Assembly: GCA_016748015.1 (NCBI GenBank)
Contig: JAAOMT010000349.1
Span: 2,812 to 66,811, forward strand
Length of the DNA: 64,000 nt
Direction: 5' to 3'
Source of the DNA: Geosiphon pyriformis uo1
Lineage: Eukaryota > Fungi > Glomeromycota
Shown in pieces: positions 36,019-48,917 of the stretch. The notes under the pieces were generated by a model. It saw only the letters and a program-made list of their open reading frames with translations, was not told where the DNA came from and did no database searches. Both the position numbers and the translations under genes were made by a program. Within the stretch, counting starts at the first letter, position 1; each line of letters starts with the position of its first letter.

Positions 36019-36974
36019 CAGTATGGGAAGAAAAATCTTACCCGAAGATCATGTAATAAAGATTTGAAATTTAGTGTAAATTAATATATTTTTTAAAGTT
36101 CGATTCGCGAGGATCTATGATTTACCGAAACTTGTTTACTTTTTTCTCTGAAAATTACAAATCAAATGTCATCCCCCGATCGCAATACATGGCTTCAAAC
36201 CCTTTTACATTAAATATAACATTCGAGAAATTAAAAGAAACTGGAAACATTGATTGTAAAAATGTTTGGGGCCCTCCCAAACAAATTAAACCTGCATGTT
36301 CTAAGTCAAAGGGCCAATATTTAAGACGAGATCCAGCTTTCTCTTCTCGAAAATTGCTTATAGAATTGTTTCGAAGCAGCTGGGTAGTTCTAACTATAAA
36401 AATAACTTACCATCACAATCCTAATGCTTAGCAGTACCCATAATGAGAAACGTGTGGAATGGGCTTGAACTCACCTTAATGATAATTGGAACCGAACTCT
36501 TTTTTCAGATGAGCACCTTCCAGTTGTTCCAAAATACTATAAAAAGTTTCATGTCCAATTCGTCTGATCCCAAAAAATCGTGTAAAATTTTTGCTTGGGC
36601 CGGATTTTGCGCAAAGCAAAAAACTATTCTGTTTTGCTTCCGGCAAATAAGGGCTCTTATTATGTTGATATTTTGCAGAAGTGGTTAGCTGAGATTCGAC
36701 AAATGTTGACGTGTCTGGCGCTTTCAACAAAACAATGATCCCAATTAAAGCATTTTATGGACAAGTGTTCCAGATTTCCGTTATAAAGAATTTAATAGTC
36801 TATGAAGAGATGATGCAAGAACATTATCGAAAGAGGCAGTAGACAAATTCCTTATTAGTATTTGATTAATGTAATTAGTTGGTTACATGTGTTTACCTAT
36901 TTTATAAATTGTTTGTATAAAGATTATCGAAATATTGTGTAATAATAAAGGGCAAAATTTTTCTTACCATACTT
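36019..36974 (+). mobile_element. Internally deleted Tc1/mariner element with 25-bp TIRs and TA target-site duplication
   Basis: TA|CAGTATGGGAAGAAAAATCTTACCC ... GGGCAAAATTTTTCTTACCATACTT|TA (21/25 match). Internal relics RVEWA*THLNDNWNRTLFSDE, IFAWAGFC and WRFQQNNDP. Confidence 0.88.
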
Positions 36975-37399
36975 TAGGATTTAAAGGTAAAATTAAAGGT
37001 TTTTTTAACTCATTTGTTGAAATGATGATGCACTTTTGGAAGTATAAAATTCCGTTTTTTAGGTACCTTGTGATGATTGGTCAAAGAAAAATGATTAATT
37101 TTTTCATTTTTTAATTTCGCAAGATAATGATTTTTCTCCAAAAGAAAGTAGCAATTTCCTCAATATTGGAATACGAAAAGTAGTAAATTCCTATTTTTGA
37201 TAGTTTACACTTCAAATTTCTAATCTCTTAGGGTTTTATTTAGTTTGACTCAAAAAAGTCAAGTGCTTTAGGAATATATTATATTATTAAGTTCTGTAAA
37301 ATTACAAGAGTTTTTAAATTTTTATCAAAGATTAGTGATATTTGTTTTAAGTTTTAGCAAAAGTACCTTATTAAAAATTCATTCAAGTTTTTCAAGAGG

Positions 37400-37897
37400 G
37401 CAATCTCAGATAATAATTTAAGTCAAAATAGAATTTTCTAATAACTGAATTTAAAAATTCTTTAAAATGCTTAAAACCTTGTAGAAAAAATTGAAATTAA
37501 ACATAATTTTAAAAACCCAATAATTTTCCAATGTTGAGTATATATATAATTTTAGAAAAAATGGAAAATATTTCATCTATCAAATCATGTATATTGTAAA
37601 TTATAGGTTTGTTTTTAAAAAAGAATTAAAAAGAAAATAATAACATATATTTCCTATATCCAAACCCAGGATAATATTATATATAAAAATTAATATTTAA
37701 TATGGCCTCCTTCGACATTTATACAAGCCAGACATGCTATGAATGTTAATAAATACTATCTCTTCAAGAAGATTTGATCATTTTTTTTTCTTAGTTCAAT
37801 AAAAATCTCTTAAGATGTTATTATTTTGTAACTATTTCTTTTATTTTTTTATATTATGCTTTAATATAGCCCAAATATTCTTAATTAGTTGAGATAA
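37400..37897 (+). repeat. Dispersed repeat copy 2 (direct copy of 18390-18920)
   Basis: Same shared blocks as copy 1. Confidence 0.75.
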
Positions 37898-38450
37898 TAA
37901 CCATAGCAAACCATAATATAAAAGTCTTGCTTGAAAATTATGTCATTAAAAATTTTTTTAAATAGCATTTCATAAAGATGGTTATTAATATTTCATGATT
38001 TAAATTTTCTTTGAATATATAAAACTAATCTTTTTATGTTCACTAATCACCATCCAAACATGTAGCTTGAAGAAATACTTTACCATTAGTGTTATAAATT
38101 ATCCAAACAAAAAAAAAGTGTGTATTAGAAAATACAACTTTGTATTAATTATAATAACAATAATTATGTGTCTATTACAGATGATTATTTTTGGCATTTT
38201 CAATAAAAAAAAATATACTTAAACAGAATAACAGTGTGATTTTATTTTAAATGTTTGTTCTGAATAGTTTATTTATCGATTTTAATGTTTAATATTACCA
38301 AAGAATTTAATTATTTTTTTTGATATTGTTTAATATTAATTTTATTGTTAATTTTATTACTGATAAAAGCTATTAAATCTTTAATAAGCTATTTTTATTT
38401 TCAAAGTATCTTTTATATTTGAATTATATATATTGTTAAACTTATAATAA

Positions 38451-39094
38451 TATTATAATTAAAACTTTTATTTTTAATTTTATTTATTTATTTAGCTATA
38501 ACTAGTAATATATATTAATTACTAATATCATTAGTTAGTCATTCTATTTTAAGAAGTTGTTGTTAATATAATTATTAACCAAATTTTTAATGTAATTACT
38601 GATCTGAGTATTAATTTTTTTTTAAAAATATATAAATAAAACTTTCTAAAGCTGTAAAAAAAGATTTACACTCAAATTAAATTTATTTAAAGCAAAAATT
38701 AAAACAATAATATTAACTTTTTTGTTTTTTTATTATTATTATTTTCTCTTTTTTTGATTTGTATAATTGTTGATTTTTGTTAAGTATATTAAATAAACAT
38801 TTATTAAAAAGTATAACTAATACTTAATATTAAATTTTAAAAATACTAACATAAAATATAAAATTATATTAATGTATTATTTTTTATTAACAATATAAAC
38901 TATTTTTTACTTTTAAATTTTTTTGTTATCTTTAAAAAAATAGCAACCAAGATATTTATAAAACTAATTTTACATATTAAATTTTTATTAATTTAATTTA
39001 TTTATTAAAGTTGAATTATTTTTTAATTATTTTTATTATTATATAATATTATTACTTCTTGTTATTTTTTAATATATTATTTTAGATTATAACA
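38451..39094 (+). repeat. 5' LTR of Gypsy ghost
   Basis: Matches 44238-44891 (ttagctata..tattttaagaa..ttaatataattattaac; aagatatttataaaactaatttta.atattaaatt). Ends ...ataaca. Confidence 0.75.
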
Positions 39095-42000
39095 TAAAAA
39101 TAGTGCTTTTTATAAGATTATCAAATCTTTAATTTATCTATTATTGTATAAATAATTACTTTTTTTTAACACAAAAAACTTAAAATTATTCTATAATATA
39201 TAATCAAAACAATTTAATTTATATTAATTTTGTTCAAAAAAAATTTTAAAAAAACTATTATAGCAAATTAATATAATAATAATTACAAGTTTTAAATAAT
39301 TAAAGAATAGTTTTAAAAATTTTTACTATATAATTTACATAAAAAACTATTAAAAAAGCAATTCAACAAATTATTTAATGATTTTTAAAAAATACTAGCC
39401 AAAACATAACTTTTTTTATTATTAAATTTGAAGAAAAATTTTGTATTGTAATTCTAAGTAAAAAATTAAATAAAAAAACAAAATATTTATTTTTTTATTA
39501 AAAGTTTAAAAACAGATTTATCTTATACTTTATGGTCTTTTTTAATTATTAAAAATAATTTAACATTAAAAACAATTATAAAAAAATTTAATAAATAAAA
39601 AACAACCAATAATTATATTTAAAAATTATTTTTTTATCTTTAATAACTGTTTTAAAAATCAAAATTTTTTAATTTGTTATTAATGTAAAAACATTAGCCA
39701 CATAGCATAAAATTATAACAATTCCCTAATGTTTTCTTTAAATTTGAGAAATAAAAATTAATAAAACAATAAAAACAACAATAATTAAACTTTTAATCCA
39801 AATATTAAATAAATCTATGTAAACTTTTTTGAAAAAAATCTTTTTATTAAAGCAACAGAATATTAGTTTTTAAATTAATAGATATATTTTTTAAAAATAA
39901 AAATACAAACTAAAAAAAAAAATTTCTTGCTTAATTTTAATTTAATCAATAATAACATAAAATTACAAAAAACAATAACAAATTATTAAATTATACTAGA
40001 TTTAAAAATAAAAAATAAATTTTAATCTGAATTTTAATATAATTGTTTTAATTTTTAACAATAAAAATAAATTCTTAAAGTTAAAAGTAATTAAAAATTT
40101 ACTAAAATTAAAACTACCAAAAATTTAATAGTCAAAAATCTAAAAAAAATATTTATTTATATTATTTTTAGTTAAATTATAATTTATTTACAGTTTTAAA
40201 AAAATTTTTAAAAATTATTAATATCTAAAAAAAAAGCTTAAAACTTATAAATAATTTTAACAAATAATATTATTTATAATAATATTTTTTTATTTGCAAA
40301 GCATATATAGTTAAATATTTTATAAATTTGATATTAAATAATAACTTTTTAATTAATATTTTAATTCAATATTTCTTAAATGTAATTAGAAAAATATTAA
40401 CAAATTATTTACTAAACTTATAATTAATGTTTTTAAAATAAAAAAAAGCTTAAAAATTATCAAAGCTATTCTTATTTAAATTAATATAGAAATATTAAAA
40501 GCAAAAAACTATACTATAATTATTGAAAATAAATAGTTAAAAAAAGCTAAAGTGTTTTTAAATTATGAATATTTGTAAATTTACAATTTACAGTAAAGCC
40601 AAATTTATAATAGTTAAATATTAATATTAAATAATATTTCTTATAACAATTTAATAACAACAACAATAAAACAACAATAAAAACAATTTTGATAATTCTA
40701 AAGACACTAAAAAAGAAAAAAGCTAAATTAGTCTTTATTCTTTTTAATAATAATAAAAAACTCATAGATAATATGTAAATGAGCAGTAAAAAATTAGTAG
40801 TTAATAAAAACTTATTTATTAATTATATTATAATATGCTTAGAAAAATGTTTAGACAACAACTAAAAAAAAACAAAATAAAACTATAAATAATATAGTCT
40901 TTATGCTTAATATTAATATAATTATATTTCTATTTTTTAAGTATTAAATACAAATTGTGTTTGATTTTTTTCAAGAATTAAAAATTAGTTAGTTTAATTT
41001 TTAATTAAAAAAATCAAAACTGTACAAAAAACATTAAAAAAAAGTGTCTAAAATTCAATTTTTAGCAATTAAACAAAAAAACTCAGTAAAAAAACCAAAA
41101 AATTAATATCGAGAATTTGTTGGTTTGAAATAAATCAGTAATATTGAAAGATAATAATATTTTGGTTCAATAAATATCATTCAACATGTAATTAAAATTA
41201 AAAATATTCGACTTATTTATTTAAAACTTTATTAATCAAATTGCTAAAATAATTAATTTATTAAAAATAAATAAATTAAATAAAAAAAGTTGAATACATA
41301 TAAGAAATCAAAAATAATAAATATTTTTTATTATAGTAATATTTAAAAAAAAGAAATTTCATAATTCTGTATTAACTATTAATAATTAAATATTATTATT
41401 AAATAAGATATATATATTTTTTCAAAAATTAACAATATTTTTGATTAATTTAAAGACCTAACTAATTTTATAATAATTAATTTAACTGTTAAATTTTAAC
41501 AGATAAAAATAAATCCTGTAGCAAAAAAAACAATTTTTTATATAGTATAAGCTTATAAGTTTATTATAATGCTTTTTGAATTAATAAATATTTTACTATA
41601 TTTCAAAAATTAATGAAAAAAATATTTAAATCAAAACATTAAAAGTTTGTTTATGTATAACTTAATAATAAAATTATGTATTTAAAAACTTAGAATAAAT
41701 ATTTAAATTATTTTCAAAAAGTTTTTGATATTTTTAAAAATATTAAACTTAAAATTAAACTAATTAAATTATTTTTTAGATAACAATTTATCTTGTTTTT
41801 AAGTTATTTTATAATAAAAAATAGAATTTTTTAAACTTAGCCAAAGTAAAAAAAAAGTATAAATACTTAAACAACTAATAAATGTTTTTGAATTATCTTT
41901 TTTTTTAATTAATCTTTTATTATCAAAAGTTTATTAAAAATTTTTCCAAATTACATATTTATTTAATCAGTTTCTATAAAAAAATATTAATTATTATTAA

Positions 42001-44237
42001 AGTATTTTTTAGCAAAAAACATTTAAAACATTTAAAAAAAACTGATTATTAAATTTATCTTAAAACAACTCAACTTTAATAAATTATTTATTTTTTATAT
42101 TAATATTTTTAATGTTTTTTTAATACTATTTTGTCTCAAACAAATTTAAACACAAAAAAACATATTATAATATATAATACTAAAACTTTTTAATAAGTAA
42201 AAAAAATGATATAATTACCAAAAAAATACTTAACAATAGTATAATCTATTGTTTATTAAAACAAATATTTTATAAAAAAACATTTTAATATTAACATTAA
42301 TTATTAAGTTTTAATTTAATTAAAAAATAAAAAAAACTAAATTACAAAAATATTTCTTGTTAAATAATACATTTGAACAAATTTAATTACAATATTAAAT
42401 ATTACAAAAAAATAAGCAATCAAAATACAGATGTTTTATTTTAATTGGTTATTTAATAAAACAACAAATTAGCAAAAGTGCTAATTTAATTAATTATTAA
42501 TAAATTGTTTAAACTAAACATATTAATAAACTTAGGAAATTATTTAGCACTTATTAAATTTTTAAACAAAAAACAATATCTGTCAAAATATAATTAACAG
42601 CAAAGAAAATATTTGTGTAAACAATTAAATTTTTATTTAATTTGTCAAAACTAATTATATTCATAAAACTAAATAATTTCACAAAAAATTATCTTAAAAA
42701 AAAAAAATATACATACTAATTTTTTAGCAAAATATTAAAAACAATTCAAAAAACATTAACAAAATATTATTGGCTAATTTTAGAAAAAGATATAACAAAG
42801 TATATTAAAATCTGTAATACTTGTTAACAAAAAAGTAAATTCTATTAAAAAAAAACATTTACCTAATTTCTATTGGTTAATTTTTTGACAGAATTAAAAA
42901 TAATGTTGTTAAACTTTTAAAAATAATTACTAATAGAAATAAATACATTATAACAACAAATTACTAATAAAATAGATAAAAACAAAAACAATATTAAATT
43001 AAATTGTTATTTTAATTGCCAATTTTATTTATAAAACAAAATTTTGTTTTCAACACTTTTTACTTACAAATTAGCAAACTATAATATAATAATTATAAAT
43101 ATTTCTATTTATTTTATAAATATATAATAATACTATCTATTTAAACTAATATTAAGATAATATTTTTTAAAAAAAATAATTAAACTTAATTATAAAAACA
43201 TTTACAATAAAGATTTGAAAAAATATTAAATTTTTTTAATAAAAACATGAATAATTACTTATAAAAAGATAAAAACATTTCAAAAATTATTCAAAAAAAA
43301 ACATATAAAATACTTTCTTTAAGTATTAGTAACTTGGTTTTTAAATACAAATCTAATTAAGATAATATTTTTAAAAACAAATTCTCAAGTCAATAAAAAA
43401 AATTATTTATAATAAACAAAACATTAAATAACAAATCTTATATTTTATAAAATTAATATAAGACAATATTTAATAATCAATCTGTTCATGATACAAAAAT
43501 CAAAAAATACTATAAAAAAACCAATTTGTTATCTATTGTTATAATACTTATAATATTTATTAATAAAACACCAAAACAGTTATAAAAAAAGTCATTTTAA
43601 TTCCAAAACAAATGTATCTTTAATCAGCATAAAAAAATATTTTTTTAATTAAAATATTCAAAATATTTTCCTTATAATTCGTAAATATTAAATAAAAAAC
43701 TATTCAAACATTTTATTTATTACTAAAAAACAAATAACAATTAAAGATAAAATTGGAGTATACTTTGTTATTAATTTATAAAAAACTGTTACAAAAAAAA
43801 AATTAGCAGCAAGATAAAAAAGTATATACTTAAATATATAACTATTAAAATACTTTTTTTTAATATATTTAAAAAAATAATAAAAGAAGTTTTGCTTATA
43901 GACAAAAAATTATTATATAAAAAACAATTCAAATATTATAGAAAACTTAGTAAAATTATTAAAAATATAAAGCTTTTAAAAAAACCAACTTTAAAATTTC
44001 AGACAAAAATCTTAAATATAATGTGTTTAGATGTTTTAAAAGTTTTGATCATTGTAAAAAAGCCAAAATACTTATACAAAAGTTTGGTTTCTTGGATTTA
44101 AAACTAATATAATTACAGCTTTTATATAATTTGCTAATTAAAAATTTTAACAAATTAGTTATTTTCAAGATAAAAACTTTAAAACTTCTTTTAAATAAAT
44201 TTATTTTACCAAAGTTTAATTTTTTTAGAAAAAAAAA

Positions 44238-44891
44238 TATTTTGGTTAAAATTTTTTATTTATATACTTAGCTATAGTTAATTATATGTATTAGTTATTA
44301 ATATTATTAATTAGCTATCTTATTTTAAGAAATAGTTATTAATATAATTATTAACTTGATTAATAATTTAATTATTGACTTAGTTATTAACTTGTTTATT
44401 AACTCGATTATTGATCTAATTATTAACCAAATTATTAATATAATTATTTATTTAATTATTAATTTATTTTTAAGAATATATAAATTAAATTTCTTAAAGT
44501 TGTAAAAATACATTTATATTTAGATTAAATTTATCAATACAATAATATCAACTTTTTTATTTTTTTTATTGTTTTTTTTTAATTTGTATAATTATTAGTT
44601 TTTGTGAAAAATATTAAATAAAAATTTTAAAAATAATTTATATTATTAGTATAATTTTATGTTTTATATCAATATTTTAGAATTTAATATTAGATATTAA
44701 TTGTACTTTTTAGTAAATATTTCGTTATTTTTAAAAAAAATAACAATTAAGATATTTATAAAACTAATTTTATATATTAAATTCTTATTAATTTAATTTT
44801 TTATTAAAAATAAATTATTCTTTAATTATTTTTATTTTTATATAATATTGTTTTTTTGTTATTTACTAATATATTATATTTAACTATAATA
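44238..44891 (+). repeat. 3' LTR of Gypsy ghost
   Basis: Direct repeat of 38451-39094, preceded by a purine tract. Confidence 0.75.
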
Positions 44892-45457
44892 GTAATATAA
44901 AAAAATTAATAATAATGTAAAATAATATATAAAAACATATAAGAATATATAATAATAAAATATAATTAATAATAACAAAAAATATTAAGCTTTTAAAAAC
45001 TATTTTATAAAATTAAAAATATGATATATATAAATAATTTAACTTAAAAAAATCAAGAAACAAAAAAACAAATTCAAGTTAAATTAAAATAAACAGAATT
45101 TTATTTTCATTTTATATTTTTATATTTTTAATATATTTTTATAATTATTTATAAATTAAATCTTATTTTTTTATTTAAAAACTCTTTTACTTTTTTTTAT
45201 TTAAAAATCAGATATTATTAATATAATATTTTTAAAATAATTATTTGAATTAATAAGTTTTAATTATAATTATTAAAAAATATTAATTTTTATTTTAAGT
45301 TTTTTTTTATTACTTTTTTTTAAAATTATTGATTAGCTTAAAAAGCTAAAAGTAAAATAAGAATGTAATTTAATTGTTATAAAAAATTATTTAAAATAGT
45401 AATAATCTGATAAAAATTTTTAACAAAAAAATAATATAAAGTATTATAAATAACAGA

Positions 45458-47650
45458 TTTTTTTTTATTAGAGTTTAGGCTATACTACATTGAAACATTA
45501 GAAGAAAACTTACCCAAAAATAACATCTTTTGGATAACAAGAAACAAAGTTACACTATAAGAAACCAATCCAACCAGCTATTCAGCTGTTTTCAAGATAT
45601 CAGCTTTAACATTAATAGGCTCATGTTCCCAAAAGGACATCAAGTTAAAAAACACCTCATCATCCAAACCAACTGAATGCTCTGAATTGCCAAACATATC
45701 AATATCTTCCATGCAGCATTCTTTTTTTAAAGAAACCACTTCCCTTTCTAACTTACCAACAATCTTACTAAAAAAACTTATATGTACTATAACCTTATTG
45801 ATCTTAAGGCCAAGCTTACTGCTTGAAACCAAATCTCTATTAATAAATTGCTTAAACAATTTGACCAAGAAACCAACTGGTTTAACAATAGACTCAACCA
45901 AAACAGAAAGCTTGATCAGATCAGATTCCAAAGAAGCCAACCAAGAAAACACCAAGAAATCACTAATAACCACAGAAAGAAAAGTAGGAGCCACCAGGGG
46001 AGAAAACTCAGAAGAATCCAGGAAAGCAGAAGCTTTTACATAAGAAACACTATTCACAAAATGTGTTTTAAACACCTTAAGAGTCTTAAAAAGGGAAGGC
46101 AAAGAAACTTTGCAGTCAACAGCCAAATGACTCACTTCTTAACATCTAAAGCATTGCCGACAACCAGGAGTTTTTCACCAAATATAGCATTTTCTTAAGG
46201 TACTAGTTTTGATAACTGTAGAGTCCAAATTAACTTGAGAACCAAATGTAATCAGAGCAAACTGGAAACAATGACCAGAATCAGGTAAACAAGAAATAAA
46301 ACAAGTTTGGCCACCAACCTGGGAGATCATATCACTAATCTCAAAGACAGTACAACCAGAAAGAAGATTAACCAATTTGGCCTTGAACTGATTATAAAAC
46401 AAAATTGTCTCATTTTGATTTATAAGAGGAAGAATGTGAACACTATCTTTGCCCACCAAAATTGACTAGTGATTAAGAGCAGAAGCAACAGCATCCAATT
46501 CTTTAAAGTAAACAACCACATATTGCCAAACACCAGCAGACTTTAGCACTACATAAGAAACTTTACCAAAAACACTAAGAGCTACACTTCCAGAGGCATA
46601 TCTTATAGCACAACAGCAGCAGAAAAAAAACTAAACTCAGAAACCACCAAAAACTTGGCAATTTTAAGAGAAGCAAGGTGAACAGAGCTTGTAAGCTCAA
46701 CCAGAAAAGCAGTGTTCAAAGAACTTTGGGAAGCAAATTCCACACAAAACAGCTTCATATTGTCTTTTAATACTGACTTTGCATCCAAAAAACCATGTAT
46801 TGATTGAAACTCAGTCTTAATATAAGCCAATTTGATCTTGAAAGTAGCACCAGGCACCAAAGTGGAGGCCACCCACTCAGCAAACTTTTGACAACTAGAA
46901 ATAGTTTTCCAGGCACCACCAGAAATAGCACCAAAAACAAAAGAAAAAAATGATTCAGTTTTCATTTGATTACTCCAGTTCTCAAGAACAGGTGACCCAA
47001 TAGGAGAAGATTGTTTTGCTTCCAGAACTAGCAAAAATCTGCCAGAAAACACCATATTTGGCAACACAGCCAGTGGTTAATCTTGGTCCATCTTAGATAA
47101 TGTGCCAAATGATGCTATGAAGATCTCATCTAAGATCTCATTGGGAACCACAAAGGGATTCGGTGTAACAATAGCAGAGGCAAACAACTGCTCCCATTTT
47201 TCTGAACTTTTGGTCTTTTTGATCATTTTTTTTGAAAAGGAGATGCTAGAAACACCAGATGTTAAAGCTATAAAGGGGAATATCAGCTTATTAACTGGTC
47301 TATTATTAAATACTTTTGGGCTCTTAGTAAGGGTGGAGACAACACTGGGACTAATCTAAGTGTGTCTTTTTAAAAGAACTTTGACTGGTAAAAAACCAGC
47401 CAAAGATGAGGAAGTTGCTTCAGTAGCTACTAAAAGCAGCTTTTCATGAGTACTGGGTAAAAGAAAGGCTTCTAAAACGTTCTGTCTAGTTGCTTTGACA
47501 ATAAAGAGAGTTTTTCTGATTGAAATTTTATTAGATATTTCAGAACAGATATCAGGTGCAGCTTTTTTACTCTTTGCTTTGGTCATAGTCATAAAATTAA
47601 GAAGACAAAGAGTTTTTTAGTTGTGTTGTTTTTCAGGTTTAACTGTATTT
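45458..47650 (-). mobile_element. ORF1-only LINE-like (HAL1-like) element, moderately degenerate
   Basis: One interrupted ORF from ~47592 to the stop at 45485. It has RRM-like segments homologous to LINE ORF1 (WQYVVV..SILVGKDSVHI vs LWQKALVE..SVLMGKDSVRM), a CCHC knuckle CFRC*EMSHLAVDC and a coiled coil LASLESDL. An A-run follows ~15-25 bp after the stop. No ORF2 is present. Confidence 0.7.
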
Positions 47651-48917
47651 AAAAAATCACAGATTTTTTAACTTATTATACTTAGTTAATTTACCAAAAT
47701 TATAAAAATTTATATAATTAATTACTTATATTGTAGTTTATTAACTATTAAATTAATAATATTTATTAGTATTATTAATTAAAATTTTCACAAAATTATT
47801 ATCATGTTTTATTAACTTAAATATCTATTTAGTCTTAATATTAAGCATTATAATAAGTAATAAAAAAATTCAGATTTTAAGTTATTAATTACAATTAAAA
47901 TCAAAAAATAATAATTGTAAACTGACAATTAATTTTATTTTAACTATTTTTAAAAATATTAAATTAATTATTATATTTTAAATTTTAAAAAACACCGGAT
48001 TTTTTTATTATTTTACTTTATAAAAATATACAATAAAGTTTTTTAATTTTTTTTTATAAATATAATTATTTTTAAAATAATTTGTTTAATAACAATTATT
48101 AAAATAAAATATTTACAACTTGAACTTTGATAAATTATTTAATAAAACTATTTTTAAATAAAAAAAATTTATTATAATAGTGTATATTAATATCAAAATA
48201 GGTTAATAAATTATTAAGCTTATTTTTAATTATAGATTAATAAATAATATTATTATAAACCAATTTATAAATCAAATAAATTACTAAATTAATTAAGCTG
48301 TTAATGTATAAATTATTATTATTTATACAATTATTAAAACACTAATTAGAAAAATTAATAATTTTTTTTTAAAATTAACATAATTGTTTTTTTTTATTTA
48401 AAGCAAATACTATATATTTATTTAAAGTATTCAAAAACTTAAATTTAATATATAATAATTAGTATATTTAAATATTAATAATCTATAATTATTTTAAAAC
48501 AACTATTTTTTAAAAACAATTTTATATTAAATTTAAAGATTTTATTAAACAATTTATTTTAAAAATACATAATATTTTTTTGACTTTTAATTACTATATT
48601 AAACTGCTATTATTTTTAATTTTAAAAACAAAAAAAGAAAAACAATTATTTAAATATTAATAAAATTAATAATAATATTAACTCAATAATTTGCAAAAAA
48701 TATAATAAGCAACTTTTATTTATAAAAATTTGTTATATTTTTACTAAAAATAGAACAAAATTATTTGTGACAAAAAAAAACAAAAAAACAAACTTTTCTC
48801 TCCCGTTGATCCCCTGGTCACAACGAAAGCTTTGAGTCGTCACTGAAATAGCCTTTCTTTTCCCTTTCCCTTCACCTTTCTCCAGTTATTTCTTCAGACA
48901 TTCCCCTTTTTGTGGCT

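Larger units (their letters stand above)
38451..44891 (+). mobile_element. Hypermutated Ty3/Gypsy LTR retrotransposon ghost (~6.4 kb)
   Basis: Direct LTR-like repeats at both ends. Pol relics appear in RT-RH-IN order: atgctttttgaattaataaat (MPFGLTN-like, ~41569), gtttatgtataacttaataat (VYLDD-like, ~41649), aatcaaaatacagatgtttta (NxNADALS-like, ~42418), tattattggcta...aaaatctgtaatacttgt (YYWP...CxxC integrase Zn finger, ~42765-42824). The A-run at ~44228 sits in the PPT position. Confidence 0.8.
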
